Origin: Phoronis australis
Lineage: Eukaryota > Animalia > Phoronida
Assembly: GCA_002633005.1 (NCBI GenBank)
Contig: NMRA01000098.1
Span: 619,435-683,434 of the forward strand
Length of the DNA: 64,000 bases
Direction of reading: 5' to 3'
Part shown: piece by piece, positions 1 through 14,337 of the stretch
Position numbering within the stretch: the stretch's first letter is position 1
Layout of the letters: each line of letters begins with the position of its first letter
Position numbers and translations under genes: made by a program
The notes under the pieces: generated by a model
Database searches by the model: none
Seen by the model: only the letters and a program-made list of their open reading frames with translations
Told to the model about the DNA's origin: nothing

Positions 1-406
1 GACATCCCAGTTCCAACAGTGGGAAAAGGCGAGTAAGAGGCAGCGGAGGGAGATGGTTCAGAAGAGCTGAGGTGAGAGCAGCAGAGGAGGAAGCCCGTAA
101 AGCCAAGGCAGTCCAACTGAGCCAGCAGGGAGCATGGACTAGGTGGAATCTTCCAGAGAGGAAGATATAGTGGGCAGACGTGTGGAGGATGGAGCCGATG
201 CGTGTCCAGCTTTTACTTCGCTCGGTTTACGACGTGTTACCATCGCCTGCAAACTTCTTCGCTGGGGCCTAGTGGATGACCCAGCCTGCCAGTCGGGTGG
301 AGGAAGAGGTACATTGGCCCACATCTTATCAGGGTGCAAGATGGCACTTCAGCAGGGCCGATACAGATGGCGTACAGAAGACCCTTGCAGACATCATAGA
401 AGGAGA
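1..406 (+). repeat. Near-identical direct duplicate of 1836-2241 (same RLE element), ending at a single N (407)
   Basis: Offset is 1835 bp. About six substitutions in 406 bp. Both copies share the same lesion after RYRWR. Confidence 0.9.
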
Positions 407-407
407 N

Positions 408-2990
408 GTGGTGAAGAAAGCTTGATCGGGTTCAGCTCCAGGTCCAAGTGGCATCCCGTACAAGGCCTACAAGAAGTGTCCCTTGCTGCTAAGGCAGCTG
501 TGGCTGATTCTAAGAACAGTATGGAGAAAGGGCAAGATACCAACTGTCTGGAAGGTCGCAGAGGGGTGCTTTGTGCCCAAGGAGGATTCTGCTGTGATTG
601 ACCAGTTTAGAACAATATCACTGCTGAGTCTAAAAGGCGGGATGTTCTTTGGGATCCTTGCTAGGAGGTTGACATCATATTTCTTAGACAACAACTACAT
701 AGACACAGCTGTCCAGAAGGGAGGAATTTCTGGTTTCTCAGGCTGTGCTGAACATACGAGTGTCTTGAGCCAGCTAATTAGGAGGCCAAGTCGAAGAGGA
801 AAGACCTGACATGTGTGTGGCTCGACTTAGCCAATGCCTACGTTTCCATACCGCACCAGCTAATCAACTTAGCAATAGAGTACTATCACGTTCCGGAGCA
901 TATCAGTCGCATTTAAGCAGATTATTTTGAGGAATCCAGTTGAGGTTTACTGCAGGTGCCATCACTACAGACTGGATCAAGGTGGAAAGCGGTATAATAA
1001 CTGGTTGTACCATCTCTCCTACTCTGTTCATCATGGGGATGAATTTTCTGATAAAGGCTGGAGAAAGGGAATGTAAGGGTCCGAGGCTACAGTCCGGTAT
1101 CGTGGTGCCTGTAATTAGATCATTTATGGAGGATTTGACAATAATTACGGTGACGTATGTGCAAGCTTGGTGGATTTTGGCAGCACTAGAGGATGTTGCA
1201 AAATGGGGTCGTATGAAGTTTAAACCCAGGAAGTCGAGACTTCTGATAATGAGAGGAGGGAAATTGGTCAACAGACTTACCTTGGCCATTCAAGGCGAAG
1301 AAATTTCATCAATTGTTAACAACCCCATCAAGTGCCTAGGTAAATGGTACGATTACAAGAACAACATCAAGCAGATGGAGACCCAGGTGACGGAGTGGTT
1401 GAAGAGAATAGAGAAAAGCGGTCTTCCTGGCAAGTAGAAGGCTTGGATTTACCAGCACGGGCTGCTACCTCAAGCAACGTGGGGTCTTATGCTCTATGAC
1501 ATTCCGATATCGGCAGTAGAGTGCCTGGAGAGAACAGTAAGCAAATGGCTTAGGAAGTGGTTGGGAGTCCCAAGAAGCTTCACACAGGTTAGTTTTTATA
1601 GCAGAACGGTAGAGCTTCAGGTGCCTCTAGCGTCAATCACGGAGGAGTTTAAAGTAGGAAGGTGCAGGCTGGTTCTCACCTTATGCGACTCTAGAGATCC
1701 AAAGGTGAGGTATGGTGGTGTCATGACGAGATCAGGGAGACGGTGGTCAGCAGACACATCTGTGAGCCAAGCGGAGAGTTTGTTACAGATCAGAGATATA
1801 ATTGGTAGCACCTGCGCAGGACGTCAGGGGTTGGGGACATCCCTGTTCCAACAGTGGGAAAAGGCGAGTAAGAGGCAGCGGAGGGAGATGGTTCAGAAGA
1901 GCTGAGGTGAGAGCAGCAGAGAAGGAAGCCCGTAAAGCCAAGGCAGTCCAACTGAGCCAGCAGGGAGCATGGACCAGGTGGAATCTTCCAGAGAGGAAGA
2001 TATAGTGGGCAGACGTGTGGAGGATGGAGCCGATACGTGTCCAGCTTTTACTTCGCTCGGTTTACGACGTGTTACCATCGCCTGCGAACTTCTTCGCTGG
2101 GGCCTAGTGGATGACCCAGCCTGCCAGTCAGGTGGAGGAAGAGGTACATTGGCCCACATCTTATCAGGGTGCAAGATGGCACTTCAGCAGGGCCGATACA
2201 GATGGCGTACAGAAGACCCTTGCAGACATCATAGAAGGAGACAAGAACAACTCAGCCTAGGGCAAGCAGCCAGCTCATACAATTCGTCAGGGCAGGTGAG
2301 ATACGGAAGAAGTCACGTCAGCAGCCTTGCATCCTGGGTGGAGTAAGCTGGGAAATGAGAGTAGATCTGGGAAGAAAGCTTGTGTTCCCGAGTATTGTGG
2401 AAACATCACTGCGGCCTGACATCATTCTGTGGTCGGACATTCATCAATGTATAGTGATTATAGAGCTTACGGTGCCTTGGGAGGAAGGATGCGAAGAGGC
2501 CCATGAGAGGAAATTATCTAAGTATAGCGAGCTGGCGGAGACATGTAGAGCTCGGGGCTGGCGAACTTGGTTGTTTCCTGTAGAGGTGGGATGTAGAGGA
2601 TTCCCTGCAAGATCTGTATGGTGGTTGCTGGAGAAGATTGGTGTGCGAGGGGGAAGGAAGAAAGCTGCAGTGAGAAGACTGGGCGAGACAGCTGAGAGGA
2701 CATCTTGTTGGCTGTGGTACCGTCGGAATGAAGGAAGTTGGAGGCCTCAGTGATGCACAGTGGGTTGGCCGCCACTGTGGACCCACCAGTGGAGACCGTT
2801 ATGGTTTAGGGTCGAAACGAGTCGAGGAAGCTGGATGCCATCTGACGACATCAAGCTACGCCTCCAACTAGTTAGTGTACGGCGGGTAGAATAGGATCCT
2901 GGTGTAGCTGTTACGAAGAAGAAGCGACAAGACGTCAGACTGCATAGAAGCCTGGCAACTACTGAGGCAGATAACATCACTGTAAGCACA
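408..2990 (+). mobile_element. Decayed RLE-type non-LTR retrotransposon (HERO-like), 5'-truncated
   Basis: Frameshifted ORFs give RT motifs (FRTISLL, QKGG..GC.EH, WLDLANAY, GIITGCTISPTLF, SFMEDLT in place of FMDD), a CCHC-like remnant (PAC...GTLAHILSGC) and a PD-(D/E)xK endonuclease (RPDIILWS...IIELTVPWE...K..KY, 2355-2753). In-frame stops and frameshifts are present. Confidence 0.9.
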
Positions 2991-5900
2991 CAAACATAGT
3001 ATGAACATAAAAATTCTTTCGATGCCTCGCCAAATTAGTTAAATCAAGAAGCAATACCTTTCCAATTTCAAAATTGCATTTCGTCATGTTGAACTGACTA
3101 AATTTAAAAATGGAATTAGTATCTTACACTTACAAAATCAGTCGCATGATAGAACTTGTTTCTTGTTACCAATAAGAACAGGAAAATCCTCAACAGGCCA
3201 GCCACTCTGCACAGTAATAACCATCGCCGTGAGCACATGCAATGTAATACTATGTACTATATACAGTGACTTCAGGGCTGGGTAGCATAAAACTTCAATG
3301 TTATCCGACGGATAAGTTTGATTGCTGTATGACGTCAGGCGCATTGTTCAACAATAACGTGACGAGTGATAATGCGACGTCCTTGTTGCTATACAGCGTA
3401 TAACTTATATGCAAAGATGCCCAGTTGTTTTAGTTACTGCAGCAGTCGTGACGGTTTGTTTACGTAACTGCAAAGACTACGTGTGTTAGGGAAATGAAGC
3501 AGAGAACGGCAGAAAATCCCTTGACAGATACTGCGTCACCCTGCCTCAAGTGTACCGACGCGTTTGACACCAGTTCGGTGTTACTTAGACGTACTAATGT
3601 TTTTAAGCATTGAAACTCTACGGTTAAGAACCCGAAAGACTTAGAAGTGATAGCAAAACGAGATGAAATGCAGCTTTAAGAACCCATGACGACTGGTCGC
3701 CTGGTCTAAAAATTTTCAGACCCTTATCATAAACGATATCTAACTACAATATGCACCAGGCTAATTGCTGAAGATACATCAGGCCCTTACTCCAAAACCA
3801 CAGATGAATGGATGGAACTACATTTGACCAGCTGCATCATTTTAATAAACAATTTAGGGGATGAAAACCAAAAGGACAGTTTATAACCAAGCTTTCTGTG
3901 GTAAATGCGAACACCGGGGATTATATAGATGAACCAGTGAGACAACTGAAAACACGAAATACCAGTTTTAACATATACTCAGAATTGCATTATCATTTTG
4001 TCAAATGTTAAACAAAGCATTGTCCAACGTCAATGGAAAAATTTCAAAACCTGCAGATTAAATTAGGATTCAAGAAAGTCCAAGAAATGGCAGTAAAATC
4101 AAATACCACTTGTAGTTCTAAGAACTAAGCTTGTATAAAATAAACAATCTCCGTTTCTTCAAAACTTGTTTATACAGGAAACAGAGGCGAGCAAATAATG
4201 AGACACAATTTGAACCAAAGTTTCAGGAACTGAATTGTAAAACTTTAACATTCAACAATGATAAAAAATAACATGGATGCAGAGGTACCGTAGTTGTATT
4301 TCATTTATTTGATTAGAAGTAGTGTGGCGTAGAACAGAACACGACAAATTGATGTAGAATAGGAAGGATGTACACACACTGTTGGATGCACATATATTTT
4401 AGCACAGTCAATGGATGTTCAGTAGACGCAATTTTCAACTGAAAATGTCATAAATCTTTGGCCAAATGAATATTGGAATTATTTTTGAATTTTCACTTAC
4501 TTTCTTAAATAAGCAAATTCATTCTCTGGATGTTGCTGCAGTTATAAGAATATTTCCAACCACACAGTTAACAACGCTAATTTTTCTTTTTAAGGTGTAA
4601 ATGCTTAAACATTATACAGCAAATAGTCTAGCTCTACAAAATTTTGTTCGCTTTGGTGAGGTGAATGCACTAAGCTGTCAATTTCTGCTCAAATTTGATT
4701 AAAATCTGACTTAGGCTAGAAAGCAAGTACAATATTATTTTTATCCATACTCCTTGTCAAACAATACAGTAAATGTCGGGCAAACTGATGAATTGACCAA
4801 ATGTCCTTAATGTTTTGTGTAGAAAAACAAGACAAAACAACTTAAGCAAAACAACAGATGGCTAAATGAGCTACACAGTGACTGCAATCAGAATGTATTA
4901 TTCGAAATCAAAGATCAAAGTGATGAGTAACAACAGTCTCCACTGTAACTTATAGTGTTACTAGAATGAGTCCATACACACCATACACACGCAGAGTGAC
5001 TCCAAAGCAAGATAATTTTACAAGAAATACAATTGTGCAGTACACTTCAAGTGTTTGCGTCATGTAAACGGGAATAGATAGAATGTGTTAAGACCACCTT
5101 TTCATTCTGCGACACTAAATCACTTGTGCCCTGATATACAGAAAGCAACTACCACTGTTTCTACAACATATATTAATGATCATCATGTCGCTTGCAAAAA
5201 ATGATTCTTCGAATGGGCAATGTGTCAAAGTCGTGGATCAAGTAGGTCACCCGACCAAATTAACTTGGTCGGGTGACTTACTTGGTCTACGACATCAACA
5301 TACAGAAATGAGCAATACATCACATATGGATACTCAGGTTGGATGGGACATAGAAGTTACTCGACAGAAAACAAAGCAAGTTGACAGAAACATATCTGAA
5401 ATCTTTTGTTGTGCAAACGTGAAAGTAAATCCAAAATGAACAGTTATTCAATAAAGAGACAACTAATAAACTAAGAGGCAACAAGACCAATTTGAAAACC
5501 ACATCATTCCTGGCTGGCACCAACACAGGGTCCGAGTGATTTTTGAGCGATGACAGGCAGACCAATAGACCAAAACAAACCAACAAATGAGCAATTAAGA
5601 CACAATTACAATATTGTAGTACAGCACAGGTTTGATGAAAATGCAGAAGAATCTGGCCTATATAGATTACTTTACGTCCGAATAACCGAGGAACTTATTT
5701 TTACGCTTGAATAATGTGATTAATTTGTTCTCGCTTTATATAGAGTGGAGTATTCTTCTTTTTGTTCAAAAACAAGATTTTTAAATGTCGCCTGTAAATT
5801 ATTATTTTTTTTGTTCTCATTATTCATAAGTTGATAAAGTGTTAGTTGTTGGAATTTTGACCTTTCCTTTCTGTTTAATCCGTTCAGTTAATGTTGTTAG

Positions 5901-8899
5901 TGAAATGAACATTTTCCCATAGCCAAATTGTTTTCATTTATAGAAAGCTCTTTAGAAACTTCAGTTAAGATTTTTGCAGAGAAATGTTGCTTTTCAGATT
6001 TTAGGTGTGTTCCCTGCAACAGAATCTAAAATAAAAGAGTAGGAAACAACCAGATGACCACCTCGGATTGCCACTTTTAAGGCCAGAGATACTTTGATTT
6101 GCTGTTATAAGAATCAAACAAAAGTACGATTTTATAGTTGATCAAGACTTAGTGAGAGAGGATATAATTCTTTGGGAGTTTGCCACTATTTCCTGTCATC
6201 ATAGCGTGGACTTCATTTTGTGTTACTTTTTGCCATCATCTGATCCTCTTCTTTGTGTGTGATAAGATCTCCTTGAGAAAGAATTAAATTTTACGTACCG
6301 GTAGGCAAACTGTTGTTTACAGCTATATTTACTTTTTGTTGGCTTCAGTCCATTAACTACAGAAAATAAATCAAATGCATTGGGTGATTAGAACTTTAAC
6401 AAAACACAAATGAGTTACCAATTAGTGATTGCACACTCAGTTAATGTTAAGTAAACTTAATTGAAGAGCATTTATTTATAGGTACCCTGAGTACATGCAT
6501 AGCTATTTTCTCTTCTCTTAATGACGGAGCTTTAATGTGTTGGTGGGGTATTTTGGTGCTGTCTTGGGACTGAAGTTCCCTAATCTGTTTCTCCTGGTTT
6601 CTTCTCTACTGTCACACATAAATCAGTCTCAGTCCCTAGCTGAAGTAGTTGTAAGTCACAACTCTCACTATCACAACAAATAGAATAAAAAGAGACATGC
6701 AGGGTACAGACTACTGTACATGGGATTCTAAGCACTGAAGCAATACACAAGTACGGCCATAAAAGTGACTCAACTGTGTATTTGACTTGTTCACTTCAAT
6801 GTTGTTAACCAAGCATATGTGGAACGTTTGACTGAAGATGTATAGCCAAAACATCCTGGGATCGAACACAGTGATTATGGTTTCAAGGAAACGCCCTAAA
6901 TTGTCAAATGGATTTAGAGGTTGCACTCTACCATGACAAAAGAATAGTTTATAAAATTGTGACATCAGCTTATTTCTAAGCTGTAAGGTAACCTTGGTTA
7001 GCTTCAGTCTCATTTTGGGATGCATATAAAATGTACAGTAAGCTTGTTCAGAATGTTTCTTTTAATTATTGTTCGAAAATGGAGACACATTCAAATGAAA
7101 AACTATAAATAATGAATAATCAAGATTGCTTATTTAGGTTAATAATGTCTAAGATTCTCTTGACAACTGGTGCCAACTTTATCAAAGTCTGTCATTATCT
7201 TGTGTGACGTCTGCATAACCAACTTACACAGGGACATATAATTGCGCAACTGAAATAGTTCTCAATATATGATATAGCTGTAAACCTATTATATCCACTA
7301 TTACGAAAATATCATGACGTTCTGGAAAGTGCATGCATGAAACTGAAAGCTTGTATTAAATCACCAAAGCTTGTACAGAAAATCACTTCAAGTTTTGTAT
7401 TCATACACCACCTTCACATCAAGTTATTATTTTGTAAAATCATAAACATTGGATGTAGAAAAACTCGATGTCATCTCATACACTGTTTTTGTGCTGTTTT
7501 TGTATATTTTAACGAAAAGCCTTTAAGCATTTTATAAAAACTCATTCATTACGGCGTTTTCCCGTTGCTGTCAACTTGTTCGATTCTATAGCCCAACAAC
7601 AAGTTGGGAAGTTTACTCTTGTAGCCAATATCTTACACGACTGATTACTCCATTCAAGCATTCATGGTTGGAGGGCCAGCTCTCTTCTGTTCGATAATTG
7701 CTCTACTCTTCAACAAGATTGTATCTAGCCTGACTAGGCTGTGCTGTTAAATATAAAAGTTAAGTTAGAACATATTTGAACATAAACCAATAGCATTTAT
7801 GAAATCCTCGTCTAATGGTGATCATGTTTAGTTTTTGAATCGCCAAAATCGCCCAACTGCAACCGAAGTTACGACAATTTATTCTTTCTGAATGTACCAT
7901 TTCGCTCTGGGTTTGACGGCGTTCACACGTGGTCTGTTATAAGCTTGGTAGATAATTGGCTTGCCTGTTGTCATAACAGAAAAAAGACTTTGCTTGGCAG
8001 GTAACAAAGAAGCTAGACGTTATCACGCGCTCAGAACCCCCTTCGTCTGTCAAAGTCACTGAACGGGAAAACGCTGTCATGCATAGCGTGAACAGAATAC
8101 TAGGCTGGGTGTTAATCTCCAAAGTTTACTATTACTACTAGTAGTGATAATGAGGGTGTCGGTAAGTTGACACTTACTAAGTTATAAACATGACAGCTGT
8201 CCGAGATCTGTACTGCTGTAGCTAGAGAACAGGCGAGTTTTTCTCATGGACACTATCTATTCACGCAGATTTCGCACTGCAATGACACGATTACACCACA
8301 ATTAACAATGGCGTACGTGAAATGGAAGTGTGGCCGATTCTCCATGCGTGACGACTCCTTTTAGTTCCAAAACCTCTGATTGTTTATACAAAGCTGTTGA
8401 ACACCTGCAAGACACGTGACCACTGAGTCAATGAACTACTGTCTCGTTCCATGCTCCATCAATTCTTTATAGATCAGCAATCATCCAAACCTGACAACTA
8501 TTGTGTTGAACACGATCCTTCACATACACTTGACAGCTTTCATGTTTTTGACCTGCCGATCTTCCCTCAGAGTGTTACCGTGACAGCAAGCCGTCTGGCT
8601 GCAAATAAGAAGAAAACAGCGTAAGTGTAGGACCCATGGGCTAGAGTTTTGTGGTGCGAGCCATAGTTCCGATTCGGGCCGCATGATCGTAGTAAATTGC
8701 TTACAAGTTCGTCCAACAATAAAACATGAAATTGGTGACGGTGGCTGGTTTCATTGAGTATTTGCAAACGTTTGACTCAAAGACTGAACTGTTGAGCAAT
8801 ATGAGGAAAGATCTGGACAATCAATGCGCTGAATACGAAGCAATACCGAAGCTAGTTTACAGTAGCTAAACTACTACAGATATCGATAAATTCAAAAGT

Positions 8900-11800
8900 T
8901 ATAAAATATGTTGAACTGCAAAGGTGGGTGACAGTCTGCCACACATGCAGCATACATGTAGTTGAACAAGATTAAGGGCGATCTCAGAGTAGGACAATTG
9001 TCCTCATCACAAAACAGGATGTCTTTAGTATCATACCAAAAGCTAAAATGCCTCGTAAATTTTAAAAAATTGGAGTCCAATTTCCATTCTAAATAATAGT
9101 TATAAAATATTATCAGGCTGTATTGCTCACAGAATGAAACAGTTTCAAATTCTCTCATTCATAAAAACCAGAAGGGCTTTCTTCAGGGCCAATTTATTGG
9201 TGATAATACCGCAATCATTTGTGATTTAATGACATTTTCAGTGGAGAACGACATTCCTGTCTTATTGCTTCTGATGGACTTTGAGAAAGCGTTCTGGAAA
9301 TTTATATATAAAACATTAAAAAATTTAACTTCCCTGAAAAATTTGTTAGCTGGGTACAGTTGCTAAATAGAGATGCACATTCAACTTTGTGTGATTCAGC
9401 ACGGTGTGACTTCCTGGTATTTTCCTGGTTGATGTTGTCGACAAGGGGACCCTTTGTCACCTTACTTATTTCTACTGTTCGCAGAGTTAATGGGAATCAT
9501 ACGTTTCGTAAAAACAAAAACATTAAAGGAAGTAAAGTAGGTACTCAAATTTATAAAATAACTCAGTAAGCAGATGATACTGTATTGACCATAAACGCCT
9601 GTGTGAATTCTATGAAAACCTATCTTAGTCTAGTAGCCCAGTTCTCCAAGTTTTCAGGTCTAAAACCAAGTTAATGCAAAACTCACTGCATCTGGATCGG
9701 TTCTATGAGATTAAGCGGATCCCGACTATGTACAGACTTCAATCTATCTTAATGCAGATCTGAGTTTACTTTATCAGGTATGAAATTCTCTGTCAATTTG
9801 GGCGACATGATCAAACTTAATTACAAAAATACAAGAAGTAAATGAACTTCTCTAGATGTAATCTAGAAGGCAACTTCTTGTCCTTGGTCGTATAACTGTA
9901 GTGATATTATTCATTTTAACCTAATTGGTGCACCTGTTCTCTACTCTACCCTTGCCACCACATCAAGTGATTGACTCTCTGCAAAAGTCATTTTAATATA
10001 TTTGAGGGAATAAAAAGAATAAAATAAGCAGAACTGTAATAATATGGAAATATGAACAATCTTTTCTAAATGCTTTAAAATTATATGGTTCCGTCGCTTC
10101 ATTTCATCTGCAGATGTAGAATGGAGAAATATTTGGATTTTTCTAAAACCCCCTCGACTCCCACACCTCTCGACCCCCTCGACCCACAACCTTCTCGACA
10201 CACGACCCGTGGTAACAAAGATATTTTCGCGCTTTTTATCTATTTCGTAATCTTGTTACGTCGCTGAGTGACTTTTCTATAAGACATACGTACACGCAAG
10301 TCAGCTCTGGCTCAAGTCTGGTGATTAAAAACAGAAAGTGGCGTGATAACGTGATCTGAAATGGCGCATTGTGAGCGCGCTATCGTTGTCACGGAAATAG
10401 TTCCACGAGAGTCTACCATTGGCCCAGTTCTACTGAACTTAGGGAGCGAATAAGTTTTAACATGAATGTACTATATTATTTGCTTTCTGTTGTATAGTCT
10501 TTTACAGTATACTTTATATAGCGTTGATTAGAAACACTTTTTAGTTAACAGTTTGTTTTTTTCAAGCTGTATTTACTGATGAAATAACAGTCTTGAAGGT
10601 TCCTCGCACTCTCCGCAAAAAGTTTGAATCTGCCATTCACTGAAGAGCAGACGAGACCATAACAGATTCAAGTTATTTTTGGAAAAGTGCGCAAATGCCA
10701 CGGATATGCAATGTTTTCAGTAAATACAGTTTGAAAAAACAAACTATTAACTAAAAAGCATTTCAAGCTTACATGTAGTAAACGAATATACGACAGAAAG
10801 GAAATAATAAAAATGTGAAATTATGTGTATACACGTTAACGTACTTCCTCCCTAAGTTTAGTAGAACAGGGTCATTGGTTGCCGTTCCTAGAATTATTTC
10901 CCAGGCAAAATGATACAGCTAGGCTGTGTATTGAGCTCCGCTAGACCCCGAAATTTCACTCAGGCAGCCCAGGTAGTTCTGCTCGTCACCTCGCAGTGAA
11001 ACTTGTATCGATATGTAAAGCCAGCGACCGGCGGGGGTGCATGCAAAATCTGGACCCGTTGCAGCCGAAACAATCTAATAAGCGTCATTTTCTTGCGTTA
11101 TTCTCCTCCTTTTGCAACAAAGAAAAATTCATCGTCGTTTTCGAAACAGTACACTCGTGACAAGCGCACCATTTCCTAAAAGTTTGCAACATCTCTCGCG
11201 ACAGCTTCGCAGCAATAAAATTTGTTCAAAAAATCGGTTTGTTGGTAGTAATATATTAAAAACTTGTAACGAAATGAAACCAGCTCCGATGATTTATTGT
11301 TATTTGTATGCAACCTCGTGGAAGAGAAGAACAGTTTATTAAAGAATCGAGGAAAAAGAAACTGTTCAATAGTTGACGCAATATTTCATGGCGCCCAAAA
11401 GCCTGGACAGAAGATCGCAGCACAAGTTTAGCAGCCGAATAACGGTAGAACGCCAAGTTTTCCAACACCCGTAAATAATTTAGTTTACTCAAGGAAAAAG
11501 CGTGGCTTTTAATGACACTAACTTTGTATCATATATTGTTTTTTTTACCCACATAACTGCATATTTAGTACACAGCTCTGCACCAAAACTATTTCCGTCC
11601 GTGACAACGATACGCACTCACAATCCGCCATTTTAGATATGTTCTTACGCCACTTTTTGTTTTTAACCACCAGTCTTGAACCAGAGGAGATTCGTCTTAT
11701 GGGAAAGTCACTCGAAAGCGACTTAAGAAGATTATGAAATTAGTAAAAACGCAAAGATACCTCTATTGCAGCAGCTCGTGTGTCGAGGTGGTTGTGGGTC

Positions 11801-12390
11801 GTGGGGGCAGTGGGTCGAGGGGGCGTGGGGTGTGGGGGTCAAGAGTTTTTTAAAACAATTCGATTTCATGGGAGTAAAATAGATATTCTAAATGCTGTTT
11901 ATTGGTGGAATGTGACCTATGCCTCGTGCATGAATTTTACACATTGTACTAGACTCCAGTGGTTTCAAATTCCTTTGGTACATTATTATTATAACAACAA
12001 ATGTTTGGCTTCATAAGATGAATATTATTGATATTGACTTGTGTACTTTCTGTCGGTAGGAGAGGGAGACTATCGTGCATTCATGTTGGTTTTGTTCAGT
12101 GATTCACAAATTTTGGAAATCTTTAATTGACTGGTTTGTCAACAAAATAGATCAGCCTCTGGCTTTAGATATGCATGTTTGGCTTTCAATACTGTAACAG
12201 TAACATTATAAATCTTATTCTTGTTCTTGCAAAATAATATTCACTGATGTCGCTATAAAAAGCGTTCTTCAGATATTCCAGATAGATGTGCTAGATTATT
12301 ACAAAATTGAAGAACATATTTATTGCAAGAACTCTGAACACACCACATTTTCAGACCGATGGGGAACTATTCTCCCTCAACTTGAATGAC
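8900..12390 (+). mobile_element. Degenerate L1/Tx1-clade LINE ORF2 (RT plus C-terminal CCHC), interrupted by a foldback insertion
   Basis: Hand translation gives QKGFLQGQFIGDN...LLLMDFEKAF (~9170-9295), RQGDPLSPYLF (~9440), KITQ*ADDT (~9560) and LCTFCR*ERETIVHSCWFC..IHKFWK (~12040-12120). A (GT)n tail follows. Confidence 0.8.
10144..11855. mobile_element. Non-autonomous foldback/TIR element with an internal palindrome, inserted in the LINE
   Basis: 10144-10400 is the imperfect reverse complement of ~11590-11855 (ctcgacccacaacc..ctcgacacacga vs tcgtgtgtcgaggtggttgtgggtcg). An inner hairpin pairs ~10410-10632 with ~10662-10885. Confidence 0.75.
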
Positions 12391-12407
12391 TCAAATGACC
12401 CATATGT

Positions 12408-12413
12408 TGTGTG

Positions 12414-12445
<32 letters not shown>

Positions 12446-12460
12446 TGCGTGCGTGTGTGT
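12408..12460. repeat. (GT)n/(GCGT)n microsatellite at the LINE 3' end
   Basis: Read directly from the sequence. Confidence 0.95.
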
Positions 12461-14337
12461 TTTTTGCGCGTATATGTGTATAGTATAAGACCGCATAAGA
12501 AAACAACACAAATTGTGAAATGTAACTATACTATACTTGAGATATAGAGATAAACGTATTAAGAAGAGAGAGGTTGCCGCGATGAGTTTATCTGTCAGAA
12601 CACCTACGGGGTAGCCCTATTGCGAAGCTTATGCTCTCCGTCCGACACTCCCATCTGTGAGCCAAAACCCTTAGAAATGGCTGAGCGATTTCGGTTCAGT
12701 CGCCGCGATCAGTTACAAAGCGAATCTCTTTTTTGTTCAAGGTATCAACTTAAGTTGTTGATTCACTGCGGTTAACGGCAGTAACTTAAAGATGGCGCTG
12801 CGCGATCAATTTTTGTTTGGGTTAGGGATTTTACTGAGGGGCTCGAATCACCTAAAGCGCTGATAAAGACGTCAACGAGTTATCTTCCGGCAAAACCTTT
12901 GCAGCTGAAGAAGAACCCGTAAATGAAATTAACGTGCGTACGTACCTCGCGTGCACCAGTTAGTGCAGCCACCCCCATACGTTTCCAATACATCATCTCT
13001 GCATGTAAATGACACATCGCCTATTTGTTACGTTTCTGGAAAATCACAATTAACAATTTGATGAATCCGATCCGCTGTCGATCCAAGAAACGCGTAAGAC
13101 ACATGTACGACCAGTCTGTGATTTCATTGTGGCTGTAACCATTGTCAATTCAGAATTGACATTGCACTTATGTCGCTGTCCAAGTGCCTTTCGATGTTGC
13201 TGGTGTATATAAGAAGGTGTCTTAAACTGGGTTTCAGCAGGGGAAACCAGGGAGCCTTTGTCGACCGGGGGGGGGGGGGGGGGNGCGCCAAGGAGGTGTT
13301 GACAGGGGCACGCACTGTTGTTTTTTGCTCCCGTGCGCCGAAAGTCCTCGCTTCAGTCGCCACTGACCATAGAGCCGCGATCGGACAATGGGGGTGGTGT
13401 GGTGTGGTCGGGAGCGAATAGCGATCGGACGTTAAGCGATGGGTTGTGGTGATCAGGCAATATATACCTAAATCGGCGAAAAACATACCCGTGTCTATAA
13501 CAAAATCGGCAAGCGGCACACTGCACATATGCAATTAGGCAGAGAAAGTAAAGGCATGCAGGCCAGGAATATGATGTGTGGGAGCTGGGCTGGTTCCTTC
13601 AGGAGCAAAGAATGTTATATACGTGATTGAGAAGCGAAAACTGTAGTGCTGCCTCAGGCTGATCGGGGAAATTTGAATACGTGAAGGGTCCAGCGTGCGT
13701 GAGAAGAATTTTAAATTTCTTGGCTGAGCAGCGCGCGGGAAGTGGCGGGAGGGAAAGGAACGGTTTGAAATAGTGTGTGGGAGCGGGGCTGATCTCTTTG
13801 GGAGCAAAAAGTTACGCAGTGTGGACGAAAAGTGCCTGGTGTTAGAACGGGAGACTTCAGATCCCTGAGAGAGGAATAGTGTGCATGAGAGAAGAGTTTG
13901 TGTAGATTGGCAATCCCGAGCAATGCACAGGAAAAGAAGTCTGTGGTCTTTGCTTTGTAACATTAAAAATCCATTTATTTATATGGGGTCATTTTTAATA
14001 GTGAAAAGATGCTGGTCATTATTTAAAATAGAATGCCACCAAAAACAACTTAGTTTGTATCATTTAGGTCGAGTAGTTCCACTTGATAACAGCAAGTACA
14101 ACTTTTTTCCTGACACCTAACGGAGGTGTTGAAATTAACCAATGACGTCAGTGGTTCGAATGCAGTCTGTTCAGCAGTTCACAACACGCTTACAGGTGTC
14201 AGGTAATCGCTTGAATTCATCGTTTTACACCAATAAATCATAAAAATTCGATGTAAAACCTTTACAAATACATCGAGTTATTGAACAAACGTGTTACTTT
14301 AGTTCGCTGTTACGAATTTTTAGGTATTTAAACGCAC

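Noticed and set aside
3400-8880. Short ORFs and coding-like stretches
   Set aside because: No recognisable motif or consistent splice chain; probably old decayed elements.
13145-13963. GC-richer 129-aa and 142-aa minus-strand ORFs
   Set aside because: No domain signal, and a poly-G run with an N suggests poor sequence or an unclassified repeat.
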